A stretch of DNA of 64,000 nucleotides from a bacterium (lineage in GTDB: Bacteria; Patescibacteriota; Patescibacteriia; HK-STAS-PATE-3): positions 4,065-68,064 of the forward strand of contig JAZDMR010000015.1 of the NCBI GenBank assembly GCA_043800725.1, read 5' to 3'. Positions 36,348 to 46,946 of this stretch are shown here, piece after piece. Within the stretch, counting starts at the first letter, position 1. Each line of letters starts with the position of its first letter. The notes under the pieces are model-generated. The model ran no database searches, was not told the DNA's origin, and worked only from the letters and a program-made list of their open reading frames with translations. The position numbers and the translations under genes were made by a program.

Positions 36348-39178
36348 AGCAAAGGTCCTGGATAATTTTAATAATTACCTTATTATCGGGTTTTGCGTTT
36401 ATGCAAACTGCGCTGTCTTCTGAAAACAACAGCCAGTCGAACAGCAATGCGCTGGAAGCTGAAATCGTGGTTAAATTCAATTTGCCGCCCCGATTGGGCC
36501 CGCCACAGAATATTGCCACCACCCCATGGCCAGAAGTAAATGATATTATTAACCAAGCAGAGATTTCAGCATTGTTTCCTTTGCAGAGCAGTAATGATCC
36601 AGTGCTGTTTTTAGCAAAACTTAATAATTCTCAGAATCGAGATTGGGCTATTAATCAGCTTGGAGAACTGTCAGTGGTAAATTATGTTGAGCCTAATTAT
36701 TATGTTGAGTTGGCTTATGTCCCCAATGACCCACTGCTAAATCAGCAATGGAATTTTACCAAGATAAATATGGCTGAAGCTTGGGATTATGACACAGTTG
36801 CTCCGAAATACGGCGGTGACCCGAGTATTGTCGTGGCTGTTTTGGATACCGGGACTGCTTATGAGGATTACATCGATCCCAATCCGGCTTACTGTATAAT
36901 AGGAGGAGATAAAGAAGGTATTTGCGTTGCCGAGAATGCCGAGTATGCCCAGGCGTCAGATTTTGCATCAACAGCTTTTGTGGCGGGGTATGATTTTATC
37001 AATGATGATACCCATGCTAATGATGATAATGGCCATGGTACGCATGTGTCAGGCACAATTGCTCAATCAACCAACAACAGCCTAGGCGCTGCTGGCACAG
37101 CTTTTAATTCGACAATTATGCCCATCAAGGTGATTGCCCGGGACGGTCTGGGCACTACGGCGGCTATTGCTCAGGGCATAGATTTTGCCCGTGAAAAAAT
37201 GGTTGATGTGATTAATATGAGCATTGGCACGATCAGCAACAGCCAAGTCATGCTGGATGCGGTTAAGCTGGCTGATCAGGCCGGTATTATTATGATTGCT
37301 TCAACCGGCAACAGCAGCGCAAGTTTTATCTATTATCCGGCTGCTTATGATCAAGTCATCGCCGTAGGCGCGACGGGAAATACCAGCGTAAATACCCGGG
37401 CATCATATTCAAATTATGGCGAAGGCATTGATTTGGTAGCTCCCGGCGGCGATGGATCATCTTCGATTGTCCAGCAAGGGTTTTCAAATCTGGATAATGA
37501 TGATTTGCCCCTTGATTTCACAACTTTTGGCTATGTCGGATATCAGGGAACTTCTATGGCAGCACCGCATGTCAGCGGAGGAGTGGCTCTGGCTCTAGCA
37601 TATGGTGTAAACAGTTCCGAGGTAGGCGATTTATTGCTTAGCTCAGCAGAAGACATAGGCGCTGACGGATATGACTTGGAAACCGGCTACGGTTTATTGA
37701 ATATCGAGGAATTATTTGTCCAGTTAACCACTGACAGTGATCCTCCGACTTCTAGCTTGTCAATTAATCCGGTAGAGCCCAACGGCGAAGGTGGCTTTTA
37801 TACCTCAACACCCATCATCAACCTAACCGCTGAAGACCAGCAGTCTGCGATTAAATCGATCTATTATCGTTGGGGCAGCGACGCATATCAGGAATACTCG
37901 GGGTCAATTTCCGCTCCGGAAGGAGTTAGCGAGCTTGACTACTACGCAGTGGACGTGGTTGACAATCAAGAAGTTGCCAAACATCAGGAAGTTAAAGTTG
38001 ACAAAACCGCCCCTGAAGTAAGTTTTAGTTACCCGTTTACCGGTGCGGCCACTTCATTGCGCCGGCATTACATCATCAGTCGAGCATCAGATGCCACTTC
38101 CAATATCAGTTATGTAACGGTAAATGGTATTCTGGCGGATTACCAACCGCCCGAGTTTGTGGCCACCATTCTTTTGAAGCCAGGCCTAAACACCGTAACC
38201 GTGGCAGCTTATGATCAAGCCGGACTTTCCAAGACCGTGACCGATACGATGCTTTATGATGTCTGGGTAAATGTATTAAGCGCGCCTTTATCAGCCAGGA
38301 GCCCATCCGTCAGAACTTTCTCGGCCGGCGGACAGAACCTAGGAGAAATTATGGCCTATCCGGAATCGTTTACCGGGGGAGTAAATATTGCTTCCGGGGA
38401 CGTTGATAAAGATGGTTTGACTGAATTTGTCACCTCTCCGGCTTCAAGCGGCGGCCCCCAGGTCAGAATCTTCAATTCTTTGGGGCAGCTGGAAAGCCAA
38501 TTTATGGCTTACTCATCCAGCTATCGCGCTGAGACCACCCTGGCGGTTTGTGATCTGGATAATGACGGACGCGATGAAATTATTACCGGCACGGGCGAGA
38601 GCCGAGCCCCGCACTTAAGAATTTTTCATGCTGACGGCTCTTTATATGGGCAGTTTTTTGCCTACCCCGAAAGCTATCGAATCGGCATTTCAGTAGCTTG
38701 CGGTGATGTTAATGGCGATTTAAACAACGACATTGTGGTCGCTCCCATTAATAACGGCGGTCCGCATGTCAGGATATTTGACGGGTTTGGTAATTTGCAA
38801 AGCCAGTTTTTTGCCTACCCCGAGTATTTTCGGATCGGCTTAGGGATTGCTGTGGGCGACGTAAACAATGACGGCAGGGGTGAAATTATCGTCGCTCCTT
38901 TGAAAAACGGCGGTCCGCATATCAGGGTATTTAACAACAGCGGCGAATTACTCAGTCAATTCTTTGCTTTTGCTGAGTTTTTTAAAGGCGGCGTACGGGT
39001 GTCTTCGGATGATGTTGATCAAGACGGCATTGACGATATTATTGTAGGTGCAGGCGTAGGGGGCGGACCTCATATCAGGATTTTTCAGGCCGACGGTCAG
39101 TTGATAAATCAATTCTATTCCTTTGACCTAAGTTTCCGGGGCGGCATCAATGTCGGTACTATTTACGAGCCTAAGTAA
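36344..39178 (+). CDS. Secreted subtilisin-like serine protease (S8) with I9-like propeptide, Ig-like middle domains and a C-terminal six-blade FG-GAP-like beta-propeller
   Basis: Signal peptide. The catalytic triad is VAVLDTGTAYED (Asp), HGTHVSGTIAQ (His) and GTSMAAPHVSGGVALAL (Ser). The C-terminal 290 aa consist of six repeats (GGP[HQ][VI]R[IV]F...SQFFAYPE.[FY]R.G..VA.GDVN.DG..EII), paralogous to the repeats of the 15210..16853 gene. Confidence 0.8.
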   Translation: MKQRSWIILIITLLSGFAFMQTALSSENNSQSNSNALEAEIVVKFNLPPRLGPPQNIATTPWPEVNDIINQAEISALFPLQSSNDPVLFLAKLNNSQNRDWAINQLGELSVVNYVEPNYYVELAYVPNDPLLNQQWNFTKINMAEAWDYDTVAPKYGGDPSIVVAVLDTGTAYEDYIDPNPAYCIIGGDKEGICVAENAEYAQASDFASTAFVAGYDFINDDTHANDDNGHGTHVSGTIAQSTNNSLGAAGTAFNSTIMPIKVIARDGLGTTAAIAQGIDFAREKMVDVINMSIGTISNSQVMLDAVKLADQAGIIMIASTGNSSASFIYYPAAYDQVIAVGATGNTSVNTRASYSNYGEGIDLVAPGGDGSSSIVQQGFSNLDNDDLPLDFTTFGYVGYQGTSMAAPHVSGGVALALAYGVNSSEVGDLLLSSAEDIGADGYDLETGYGLLNIEELFVQLTTDSDPPTSSLSINPVEPNGEGGFYTSTPIINLTAEDQQSAIKSIYYRWGSDAYQEYSGSISAPEGVSELDYYAVDVVDNQEVAKHQEVKVDKTAPEVSFSYPFTGAATSLRRHYIISRASDATSNISYVTVNGILADYQPPEFVATILLKPGLNTVTVAAYDQAGLSKTVTDTMLYDVWVNVLSAPLSARSPSVRTFSAGGQNLGEIMAYPESFTGGVNIASGDVDKDGLTEFVTSPASSGGPQVRIFNSLGQLESQFMAYSSSYRAETTLAVCDLDNDGRDEIITGTGESRAPHLRIFHADGSLYGQFFAYPESYRIGISVACGDVNGDLNNDIVVAPINNGGPHVRIFDGFGNLQSQFFAYPEYFRIGLGIAVGDVNNDGRGEIIVAPLKNGGPHIRVFNNSGELLSQFFAFAEFFKGGVRVSSDDVDQDGIDDIIVGAGVGGGPHIRIFQADGQLINQFYSFDLSFRGGINVGTIYEPK

Positions 39179-39624
39179 TGAGGCAAGCGGTTGCATATGT
39201 CCGTAATCATAAATGGTTAGCCGAACGTAAGGGAGTAAGGCAGTTTATTAAATTTTGCATTGTCGGAGTGGGCAACACTATCGCGGATTTCGTGGTTTAT
39301 TTTGCCTTAACTCGATATCTCGGCATTTTTTATTTAGTAGCGAATTTTATTTCGTTCATTACCGCGGCTACCTTAAGCTTTGTCTTGAATAAATTTTGGA
39401 CTTTCCGCGATAACCGCCGTCATGCTATAAAGGGCCAGTATGCCAAATTTCTGCTGGTTAGCACCATTGGGGCTGTTTTAGCAGAGGCAACATTGTTTTT
39501 ATTTGTCCACTATTTTAGCGTTAATGATTTGATAGCCAAGCTTTTAGTGGCGGGAATAATAGTTTTTTGGAATTTTTTTGCTAATAAGTACTGGACATTT
39601 CGCCAGAAAATTAATATTTCATAG
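39178..39624 (+). CDS. GtrA-family membrane protein (polyprenyl-phosphate-sugar translocation/synthesis accessory)
   Basis: 148 aa with 4 TM. The GtrA signature is IVGVGNTIADFVVYFAL...LNKFWTFRD and ...ANKYWTFRQK. Confidence 0.65.
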   Translation: MRQAVAYVRNHKWLAERKGVRQFIKFCIVGVGNTIADFVVYFALTRYLGIFYLVANFISFITAATLSFVLNKFWTFRDNRRHAIKGQYAKFLLVSTIGAVLAEATLFLFVHYFSVNDLIAKLLVAGIIVFWNFFANKYWTFRQKINIS

Positions 39625-39713
39625 CTTGTCAGGAAGTACGATTTTTGTTATGATATCGACGATTTAATCAGTATTTAATAAAGAGAAATTTATTGTTATC
39701 GCGCACGTTATAA

Positions 39714-40436
39714 ATGGCCCAATCCAAAACGGTACTCAGCGTTGTAATCCCGGCTTTTAACGAAGAGCAAAGATTACCCTCAACTCTCAAAATCATTTTA
39801 AAATATCTGCGGCAAACGTCTTTCGGTGCATTTGAGATCGTGGTGGTTAATGACGGAAGCACTGATCGGACAAGTGAAATAGCCAAGTCAGCCGGTCCTG
39901 AAGTACGCATAATTGATTTGCCCCGACCCAAAGGAGGCAAAGGACGGGCAGTTAAAGCCGGAGTCCTGGCTAGCCAGGGAGAATGGATACTATTGAGTGA
40001 TTCTGACTTATCAACACCCATTGAAACGCTGGAAAGGTTTTGGACGCTGAGACAGGATTACGATATTATTATCGGTTCAAGAGCCTTGCCGGACTCGATA
40101 ATTGTTAAAAGACAAAATCGTATCAAGGTGGGGCTGGGTAGACTGGGCAATAAATTAACTCAATGGCTGGTAGTTCCCGGGATGAAAGATACTCAGTGTG
40201 GTTTTAAACTTTATCGTCGTCGCTGTCATTTTTTATTTCAAAAGCAGAAAATTATCGGCTGGGGGTTTGATTTCGAGATTCTTTATCTAGCAAGAAAATA
40301 TGGCTTCCGGATGATTGAGGTGCCCGTCAGATGGACCAATGATCAGGCTAGCAAGGTACGACCTTATCATTATTTACTAACTTTTATTGAAATATTTACA
40401 GTCCGTTTGAATCATATTCGCGGATTATATCGATAG
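39714..40436 (+). CDS. GT2 glycosyltransferase, Dpm1/GtrB/ArnC-like polyprenyl-phosphate sugar synthase
   Basis: LSVVIPAFNEE, VVVNDGSTDRT and the DxD motif LLSDSDLSTP. A soluble 240-aa GT-A domain of Dpm1/GtrB type, next to a GtrA gene. Confidence 0.7.
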   Translation: MAQSKTVLSVVIPAFNEEQRLPSTLKIILKYLRQTSFGAFEIVVVNDGSTDRTSEIAKSAGPEVRIIDLPRPKGGKGRAVKAGVLASQGEWILLSDSDLSTPIETLERFWTLRQDYDIIIGSRALPDSIIVKRQNRIKVGLGRLGNKLTQWLVVPGMKDTQCGFKLYRRRCHFLFQKQKIIGWGFDFEILYLARKYGFRMIEVPVRWTNDQASKVRPYHYLLTFIEIFTVRLNHIRGLYR

Positions 40437-40452
40437 CTAAAAACTAAATATT

Positions 40453-41508
40453 ATGAGCCGACCAATTTTTGACCGTAAAAATATCCTGATCACCGGAGGC
40501 GCCGGATTTATCGGTTCGCACTTATGCGACGAGCTGGTAAAAGAGCATAAAGTTATCTGCCTAGATAATTTTTTAACTGGACAGGAAGAAAATATTAATC
40601 ATTTATTACAAAATCCTAATTTTGAGTTTATTAAGCATGATTTTACCGAACCGATTGACTTTGAGAATGAACTGGGCCTAAAGCCTTTCCAGGTTGAGTT
40701 CCAGGGTATTCAGGAGATTTATCACTTGGCTTCTCCTGCTTCACCCAAAGACTATCTGGACATGCCCATTGAAACTCTCATGTCTAATGCCCGGGCCACT
40801 CTCCATAGTTTGGAATTAGCAAAAAAGTACCAGGCTCGCTTGGTTTTTACCTCGTCAGCGACTATTTACGGAAGTCCTTTGGAAAAGACTCCTTACCCGG
40901 AAAATTATTGGGGGTATGTTGATCCTATCGGTCCTCATTCCGCTTTAAGCGAGGGAAAAAGATTTGCTGAAAGCTTAATGTTTCACTATAGAAAAAAACA
41001 TAAAATAAATGCTAAAATAGCTCGGATATTTAAAGTTTATGGCCCACGGTTGCGCATAAATGATGGACGGATGATTCCAGAAATGATTATTAAAGCTTTA
41101 AATAATGAACAAATTACCGTATATGGCGAAACAGACGAAACTATTTCCGCTTGCTATGTCAGTGATATTGTCGAGGGCTTGATTAGACTAATGAAGTCAA
41201 ACGAACTTGGCCCAATTAATTTAGGCACCAGCGAAGAGCGTCCTCTTAAAGAAATGGCTGAGATAATAAAAAAACTTTCCAATTCTAATTCCAAGATAAA
41301 GCTGGTCTCCGGTGAAAAAGGCGATTTCATCAATCATGGCACTCCAAATATCCGCTTGGCCAAGGAGCATCTTGGCTGGTTTCCGGTCGTATCTCTTGAA
41401 GACGGCTTGAGTCGAACCATTGATTATTTCAAAGGGGTGAAAAATATCACTATTAAACATTTTGAATCTTCAATTAACCAAACAGAAAAATCACATGAAA
41501 GAAAATAA
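40453..41508 (+). CDS. uxs: UDP-glucuronate decarboxylase (UDP-xylose synthase, SDR family)
   Basis: [41 protein letters not shown]...YHLASPASP matches UXS/ArnA-C-type SDRs almost position by position. An (S)YxxxK catalytic motif is present. Confidence 0.75.
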   Translation: MSRPIFDRKNILITGGAGFIGSHLCDELVKEHKVICLDNFLTGQEENINHLLQNPNFEFIKHDFTEPIDFENELGLKPFQVEFQGIQEIYHLASPASPKDYLDMPIETLMSNARATLHSLELAKKYQARLVFTSSATIYGSPLEKTPYPENYWGYVDPIGPHSALSEGKRFAESLMFHYRKKHKINAKIARIFKVYGPRLRINDGRMIPEMIIKALNNEQITVYGETDETISACYVSDIVEGLIRLMKSNELGPINLGTSEERPLKEMAEIIKKLSNSNSKIKLVSGEKGDFINHGTPNIRLAKEHLGWFPVVSLEDGLSRTIDYFKGVKNITIKHFESSINQTEKSHERK

Positions 41509-42673
41509 TCAATCATACATTTTTACCTCCGAATCAGTTACCGAAGGCCATCCGGATAAAGTCTGCGATCAAATTTCCGACTCGATTCTCGATGAGCTGT
41601 TGAAGCAAGATCCGGAAAGCAGAGCGGGAATTGAGACCCTGGCCACTACCGGATTAGTAGTTGTCGCTGGAGAGATCCGCACCAAAGGTTATGTTGATAT
41701 TGCTGAAGTGGCTCGTCAAACAATTCGTGAAATCGGATATACTGACCCAAATATGGGTTTTCATTGGCAGGACTGCGGCGTGATTGTGGCAGTTGACGAG
41801 CAAAGCCCTGATATTGCCCAGGGAGTAGACCAAGGAAAAGGCAAATTCAAAAAACAGGGCGCAGGCGATCAGGGCCTAATGTTTGGATATGCCACGAATG
41901 AAACTCCCGAATTAATGCCCCTACCGATCATGCTGGCCCACAAATTAGCACGGCAGCTGGCTAAAGTCAGAAAGAGCGGCTTATTGCCCTTCCTGGGTCC
42001 AGACGGCAAAACTGAAGTGGCCGTGGAATATGTTAATGGCAAAGCCGTACGTTTAAACACTGTGGTGGTAGCTTCACAGCATAGCGAGCAGGTAAGTGAA
42101 AAAAAGGTAGCCAGCTCGATCCTTAAACACGTTGTTACTCCGATTTGTAAACGTTGGCTGGATAAAAAAACCCGAGTGTTCATCAACGCCACCGGCCGAT
42201 TTGTCAAAGGCGGTCCGCCAGCTGATGCCGGGTTGACTGGACGAAAAATCATCGTCGATACTTATGGCGGACATGGTAGTCATGGCGGAGGCTGTTTTTC
42301 AGGCAAAGATCCTTCCAAAGTAGATCGATCAGCTTCCTATATGGCTCGCTATGTGGCCAAGAATATCGTGGCCGCGAAATTAGCCAAAAAATGTGAGATC
42401 CAGTTCGCTTATGTAATCGGAGTAGCTGATCCGATCAGTTTATTGATTGATACCAAGGGAACCGGAAGAATATCTGATCGGCTGCTTGAAAAGATCGTTC
42501 GTCAAAATATTGATCTTTCGCCTAGCGGCATTGTTCGACAGTTAAAGCTCAAGCGGCCCATTTATAAAAAAACAGCAGCCTATGGACATTTTGGTCGCCA
42601 AGAAAAAGACTTTACCTGGGAACAGCTCACTTTAGTTAGTCTACTTAAAAAGAAGGCCAGTAGATATTTATGA
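41495..42673 (+). CDS. metK: S-adenosylmethionine synthetase
   Basis: [32 protein letters not shown], and a C-terminal Gly-rich loop. Start placed at the ATG at 41495 ([10 protein letters not shown]...). Confidence 0.9.
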   Translation: MKENNQSYIFTSESVTEGHPDKVCDQISDSILDELLKQDPESRAGIETLATTGLVVVAGEIRTKGYVDIAEVARQTIREIGYTDPNMGFHWQDCGVIVAVDEQSPDIAQGVDQGKGKFKKQGAGDQGLMFGYATNETPELMPLPIMLAHKLARQLAKVRKSGLLPFLGPDGKTEVAVEYVNGKAVRLNTVVVASQHSEQVSEKKVASSILKHVVTPICKRWLDKKTRVFINATGRFVKGGPPADAGLTGRKIIVDTYGGHGSHGGGCFSGKDPSKVDRSASYMARYVAKNIVAAKLAKKCEIQFAYVIGVADPISLLIDTKGTGRISDRLLEKIVRQNIDLSPSGIVRQLKLKRPIYKKTAAYGHFGRQEKDFTWEQLTLVSLLKKKASRYL

Positions 42674-43587
42674 GCCGTATACTGGTAACCGGAGGTGCCG
42701 GATTTATCGGATCGCATTTAGCTGATCGCTTGGTGGAACAGGGCGATGAGGTTATTATTGTTGACGATTTATCAAGCGGTAATCAAGAATATCTGCCTGA
42801 CCAGGCAAAGTTTCATCAGCTTGACATTCAAGCCCCCCAAACAGCTGATTTGATTCTCGATCAGAAACCAGAGAAAATTTACCACTTAGCCGCGCAGAAA
42901 AATTTACGTTTCTCTCTGGAAAATCCGGCAGCTGACGCTTCAATTAATATTTTAGGTAGCTTGAATATTCTCGAAGCGGCCCGTCAGGCAGGTACCAAAT
43001 CAATCATTTTTGCTTCCACCGGGGGTGCTATCTATGATCAGCACGCAGATCGTCCGACTAATGAACAAGCGCTGACTCGACCGCTGTCTCCCTATGGTGT
43101 CGGAAAGCTGTCAACCGAACATTACCTGTATATGTACGAGCAGGTTTATCAATTACCCTATATTGCGTTGAGACTGTCAAACGTTTACGGTCCGCGGCAG
43201 GATCCCAAAGGGGAAGCCGGCGTGGTAGCAATTTTCCTAGATGCTATTACCAAGAATAATACGCCCAAGATCAACGGTGACGGCCAGCAGACCAGGGATT
43301 ACGTGTTTGTGGATGATGTGGTCAGCGCGTTTGTGAATGCTGGGAAATATGATAAATCAGGAATTTTCAATATCGGTACTGGCAAGGAAACCAGCGTTTT
43401 GGGGCTGTGGCAGTCGATTGTCCAAACGACCGGGACTAAGATAGTCCCTGAGCATGGACCGGCTATTGCGGGAGAATTACTAGCAAGCAGTTTATCCTCA
43501 AAACAAGCCCGGTCTGACCTGAACTGGTCTGCTCAAATAGATTTATCACAAGGAATTAAAAAAACCGTAGACTGGTTTAACAAATAA
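42670..43587 (+). CDS. NAD-dependent nucleotide-sugar epimerase (GalE-like UDP-hexose 4-epimerase family)
   Basis: [34 protein letters not shown] and the YxxxK motif ([13 protein letters not shown]). 305 aa extended SDR. Confidence 0.7.
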   Translation: MSRILVTGGAGFIGSHLADRLVEQGDEVIIVDDLSSGNQEYLPDQAKFHQLDIQAPQTADLILDQKPEKIYHLAAQKNLRFSLENPAADASINILGSLNILEAARQAGTKSIIFASTGGAIYDQHADRPTNEQALTRPLSPYGVGKLSTEHYLYMYEQVYQLPYIALRLSNVYGPRQDPKGEAGVVAIFLDAITKNNTPKINGDGQQTRDYVFVDDVVSAFVNAGKYDKSGIFNIGTGKETSVLGLWQSIVQTTGTKIVPEHGPAIAGELLASSLSSKQARSDLNWSAQIDLSQGIKKTVDWFNK

Positions 43588-43588
43588 T

Positions 43589-44893
43589 ATGACTAAAAGT
43601 GTATCAAAGAAAAAACCCCGGAATAAACAGATCGCCATTATCGGATTAGGTTACGTTGGTTTGCCCTTAGCGTGCCTGGCCGCTGAGAAGGGCTATCAGG
43701 TTATCGGCGTGGTTAGGGACAACAAAAAAGCCGAGATGATCAACTATAAGAAGTCACCGATAGATGATCGGAGATTGCAGAGGTGGCTTAAAAAAGTGGA
43801 CCTTAAGGTTTCCACTGACTTTAAATCAATCAAGCAGGCAAGAATAATCGTAGTCTGTGTACCTACCCCAATAGATGAAAATCATGACCCTGATTTTCAG
43901 CCGCTGATCAAAGCTTGTACTGATATTTCTAAATATTTAAAAAAAGGACAGTTAGTAATTATTGAATCAACAATTAATCCGGGAGTTTGCGAAGAGATTA
44001 TTTTGCCGATTTTGGAAAAATCCGGACTTAAGGCAGGCAAGCACTTTGGCCTAGCCCACTGTCCGGAACGAATTAATCCCGGCGATCCCAAGTGGACAGT
44101 CAGGAATATTCCCAGAGTTGTCGGTGCTCTGACTGAGAAGGATTTAAAAAGTGCAGTTGATTTTTATCAATCGATTATTGAGGGTCCGGTCCGGCCCATG
44201 GGCTCTATTAAAGCGGCAGAAGCTACCAAAATATTGGAAAATTCTTTTCGGGATATTAATATTGCCTTTATCAACGAGATTGCCCAATCTTTTGATAAAA
44301 TGGGCATTGATGTCTTTGACGTGATTGAGGGATCAAAAACCAAGCCATTCGCTTTTATGGCTCATTATCCTTCTTGCGGCGTGGGCGGACACTGTATCCC
44401 GGTAGATCCGTATTATCTGATTCAAAGAGCCAAGGAATCCGGTTTTGACCACCGTTTCCTGAAATTAGCCCGGGAAATTAATAACAGTATGCCAGGCTAT
44501 ACCGTAAATTTATTAGCTGAATCACTTAATCAGATTAAACGATCAGTCAAGGGCACTAAAGTAGGAGTTTTAGGCTTGGCTTACAAAGCAAATATTGAAG
44601 ACACTCGAGAGAGTCCGGCCTATGGGATTATTAAAATATTAAAACAACTCGGAGCTGAGATTGATATTTTTGACCCCTATGTTTTAAAAGAGTCTACTGT
44701 CGACAGCTTGGAAGAGTTGATAGACCGCGTAGAAGCTCTAATTCTGGTTACCAATCATGCTGAGTTTGAGACTCTTGACATTGGCCGCTTAAAGCGCCAA
44801 GGTATCAAAGTTATTATTGACGGTAAAAACATTCTGCCAAAAGATAAGATTAAAAAAGCCGGAATTATTTATCGGGGAATTGGCCGGCAGTAA
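43589..44893 (+). CDS. UDP-sugar 6-dehydrogenase (UDP-glucose 6-dehydrogenase / UDP-ManNAc dehydrogenase family)
   Basis: N-terminal Rossmann IAIIGLGYVGLPLACLAA and the catalytic Cys motif GVGGHCIPVDPYYL. Its position next to UXS favours UDP-Glc to UDP-GlcA. Confidence 0.7.
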   Translation: MTKSVSKKKPRNKQIAIIGLGYVGLPLACLAAEKGYQVIGVVRDNKKAEMINYKKSPIDDRRLQRWLKKVDLKVSTDFKSIKQARIIVVCVPTPIDENHDPDFQPLIKACTDISKYLKKGQLVIIESTINPGVCEEIILPILEKSGLKAGKHFGLAHCPERINPGDPKWTVRNIPRVVGALTEKDLKSAVDFYQSIIEGPVRPMGSIKAAEATKILENSFRDINIAFINEIAQSFDKMGIDVFDVIEGSKTKPFAFMAHYPSCGVGGHCIPVDPYYLIQRAKESGFDHRFLKLAREINNSMPGYTVNLLAESLNQIKRSVKGTKVGVLGLAYKANIEDTRESPAYGIIKILKQLGAEIDIFDPYVLKESTVDSLEELIDRVEALILVTNHAEFETLDIGRLKRQGIKVIIDGKNILPKDKIKKAGIIYRGIGRQ

Positions 44894-44907
44894 TTAAAGT
44901 ATCAGAT

Positions 44908-45870
44908 ATGAAATTAGTAGTCATGATACCAGCCTATAATGAAGAAGACACGATTAGTCGGGTAATTTCCAGCATACCCAGACAGGTCAGCGGCTTTGAT
45001 TCGGTTCAGGTAATTGTGCTAGACGACGGATCCCAAGATCGCACCTGCCAGGTCAGCCGGGAGGCCGGGGCCGATCAGGTCTACACCAACGTGCATAATT
45101 TAGGCTTAGCTTCGAATTTTCAGAAAGGTTTGGATAAAGCTCTGAGCTTGGGAGCTGATGTGGTGGTTAACATTGATGCGGACAATCAATATGATGCTTC
45201 GGAAATACCCAAGCTCACCCAGCCAATTCTGGATGGAGAATCTCATATTGTTAACGGAGATCGGCAGGTAGCCAGCCTAGATCACATGTCTTGGTCAAAA
45301 AAATATGGAAATAGATTAGGTACCTGGATAGTTCAAAGATTGGCTGGGTTCCGGGTGAGAGATGCCTCCTCAGGTTATCGTGCCTATTCCCGAGAAGCCG
45401 CTCTGCGTTTAAACGTTTTATCAAGCCACACCTACACCCACGAAACGATTCTTCAGGCGGGCGTTAAACATCTTGGCTTCAAAGATGTGTCGGTTTCTTT
45501 TCGAGCCACAGAACGCGATGGCAAACAATCGCGATTGATCGGCAGCGTTTGGAGCCATATAAAAAAATCAGGCAATACCATCATCAGAACCTTTACAATG
45601 TATCGGTCGCTCAAGACTTTTTTTAATATAGGCGTACCTTTTTTCTTGATCGGAATAATTTTGATTGTTCGATTCTTATATTTCTACTATACTGGCGACG
45701 GTAGCGGTCATATTCAATCTCTAATTATTGCCACAATTGTTTCAGTTATTGGTTTTCAAATAGTGGTGATTGGGCTTTTAGCTGATAGCGTAAACGCTAA
45801 CCGTCGTATTTCTGAGGAAGTGTTGTACAGGCTAAAAAAACAGGAGTGCGACAGCGAGAAAACTGAATGA
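44908..45870 (+). CDS. GT2 glycosyltransferase with C-terminal TM helices (second Dpm1/GtrB-like polyprenyl-phosphate glycosyltransferase)
   Basis: MKLVVMIPAYNEEDTI, VIVLDDGSQDRT, DxD (NIDADNQYD), then two C-terminal TM helices (FFLIGIILIVRFLYFYY; IIATIVSVIGFQIVVIGLL). Confidence 0.65.
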   Translation: MKLVVMIPAYNEEDTISRVISSIPRQVSGFDSVQVIVLDDGSQDRTCQVSREAGADQVYTNVHNLGLASNFQKGLDKALSLGADVVVNIDADNQYDASEIPKLTQPILDGESHIVNGDRQVASLDHMSWSKKYGNRLGTWIVQRLAGFRVRDASSGYRAYSREAALRLNVLSSHTYTHETILQAGVKHLGFKDVSVSFRATERDGKQSRLIGSVWSHIKKSGNTIIRTFTMYRSLKTFFNIGVPFFLIGIILIVRFLYFYYTGDGSGHIQSLIIATIVSVIGFQIVVIGLLADSVNANRRISEEVLYRLKKQECDSEKTE

Positions 45871-46946
45871 GAGTGTTATTTATAACTCGCAAATACCCGC
45901 CCAGGATCGGGGGTATGGAGTTGTTTAGTTTTGAGCTTTATCGTCACCTGACTTTGGATAAAGAGTTGGTGGCCAGTTCACAGGGCAAGGCCATTGAAAT
46001 ATTGTGGCTGGCGCCTTGGCTGTTTTTTCGAAGCTGGGTTAAGGCGCCCAAATTTGATATAATTTATTTGGCTGACGGAGTTCTGGCTCCGATTGGTTGG
46101 CTGCTAAAAAAACTTACTCGGCGGCCGGTGGTAGCCACAGTGCACGGTTTGGAGTTGACTTTTAAATTTCCCGGATATCAAGGTTTGATTAAATGGAGCT
46201 TAGCCAAGCTGGATAAAGTCGTCTGTGTCAGTGAAAATAGTTTAAAATTAGCTAAAGAATCAGGCCTTAAACCTGATCGATTGGTAAAAATACCCAACGG
46301 AATAAGCATTAATACGAACCGGAAAAAAGTCACGCGGCAGGATTTTTCTGACTACCTGGGCCGGGAAACCAAGGAAGCCTTTGTCATGCTGACCATTGGC
46401 CGGCAAGTGAAGAGAAAGGGGATTGAGTGGTTTATTCGGGAAGTTTGTCCGCGTTTAAGTTTTTCTTGGCTTTATTGCCTGGTAGGTCAGGGCCCAGAGA
46501 CAAAAGCCATTAACCAGGCGATACAAGAGACAGGCGCCCAGGACTCGATTATTCAGCTGGGACAGGTATCTGAATCGGATAAAGATTTGTTGCTAGACAC
46601 ATCAGACTGCTTTGTGATGCCCAATATCAAGGTGCCCAACGACGTCGAAGGTTTCGGCTTGGTCGCTCTGGAAGCCGCTGGTCATGGTTTGTCCGTTCTA
46701 GCAAGTCGTCTGGAGGGGATAAGAGATGCAATTCATCATAATAAAAACGGACTAATTATCTCTCCTGAAAAAGCAGATGAGTGGTTAAAGGAATTGGTAA
46801 ATTTATTTAACCATCCCAATATTAAAAAAGATCTTGGCGTTAAAGCCAAAGAATATACTATTAATAATTTTCAATGGCCAAATATCAGATCAGCCTACGA
46901 AAGAGTATTTATACGTAAAACTAAAAAGAATGACAATGAAGCGTGA
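45867..46946 (+). CDS. GT4-family glycosyltransferase (GT-B fold)
   Basis: C-terminal EX7E-type motif NDVEGFGLVALEAAGHGLSVLASRLEGIRD. 359 aa. Confidence 0.6.
   Translation: MRVLFITRKYPPRIGGMELFSFELYRHLTLDKELVASSQGKAIEILWLAPWLFFRSWVKAPKFDIIYLADGVLAPIGWLLKKLTRRPVVATVHGLELTFKFPGYQGLIKWSLAKLDKVVCVSENSLKLAKESGLKPDRLVKIPNGISINTNRKKVTRQDFSDYLGRETKEAFVMLTIGRQVKRKGIEWFIREVCPRLSFSWLYCLVGQGPETKAINQAIQETGAQDSIIQLGQVSESDKDLLLDTSDCFVMPNIKVPNDVEGFGLVALEAAGHGLSVLASRLEGIRDAIHHNKNGLIISPEKADEWLKELVNLFNHPNIKKDLGVKAKEYTINNFQWPNIRSAYERVFIRKTKKNDNEA

Noticed and set aside
41495-42673. metK as a dedicated member of the glycan locus supplying SAM to the kinase-methyltransferase
   Set aside because: SAM synthetase is an essential housekeeping gene. 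Co-location may be coincidental and is mentioned only as context.
46834-46929. An upstream in-frame start (ATG at 46834) for the GT-C-like membrane protein
   Set aside because: It would create a 113-nt overlap with the preceding GT4 gene. The downstream ATG at 46930 gives a normal 17-nt overlap and starts at the first hydrophobic segment.
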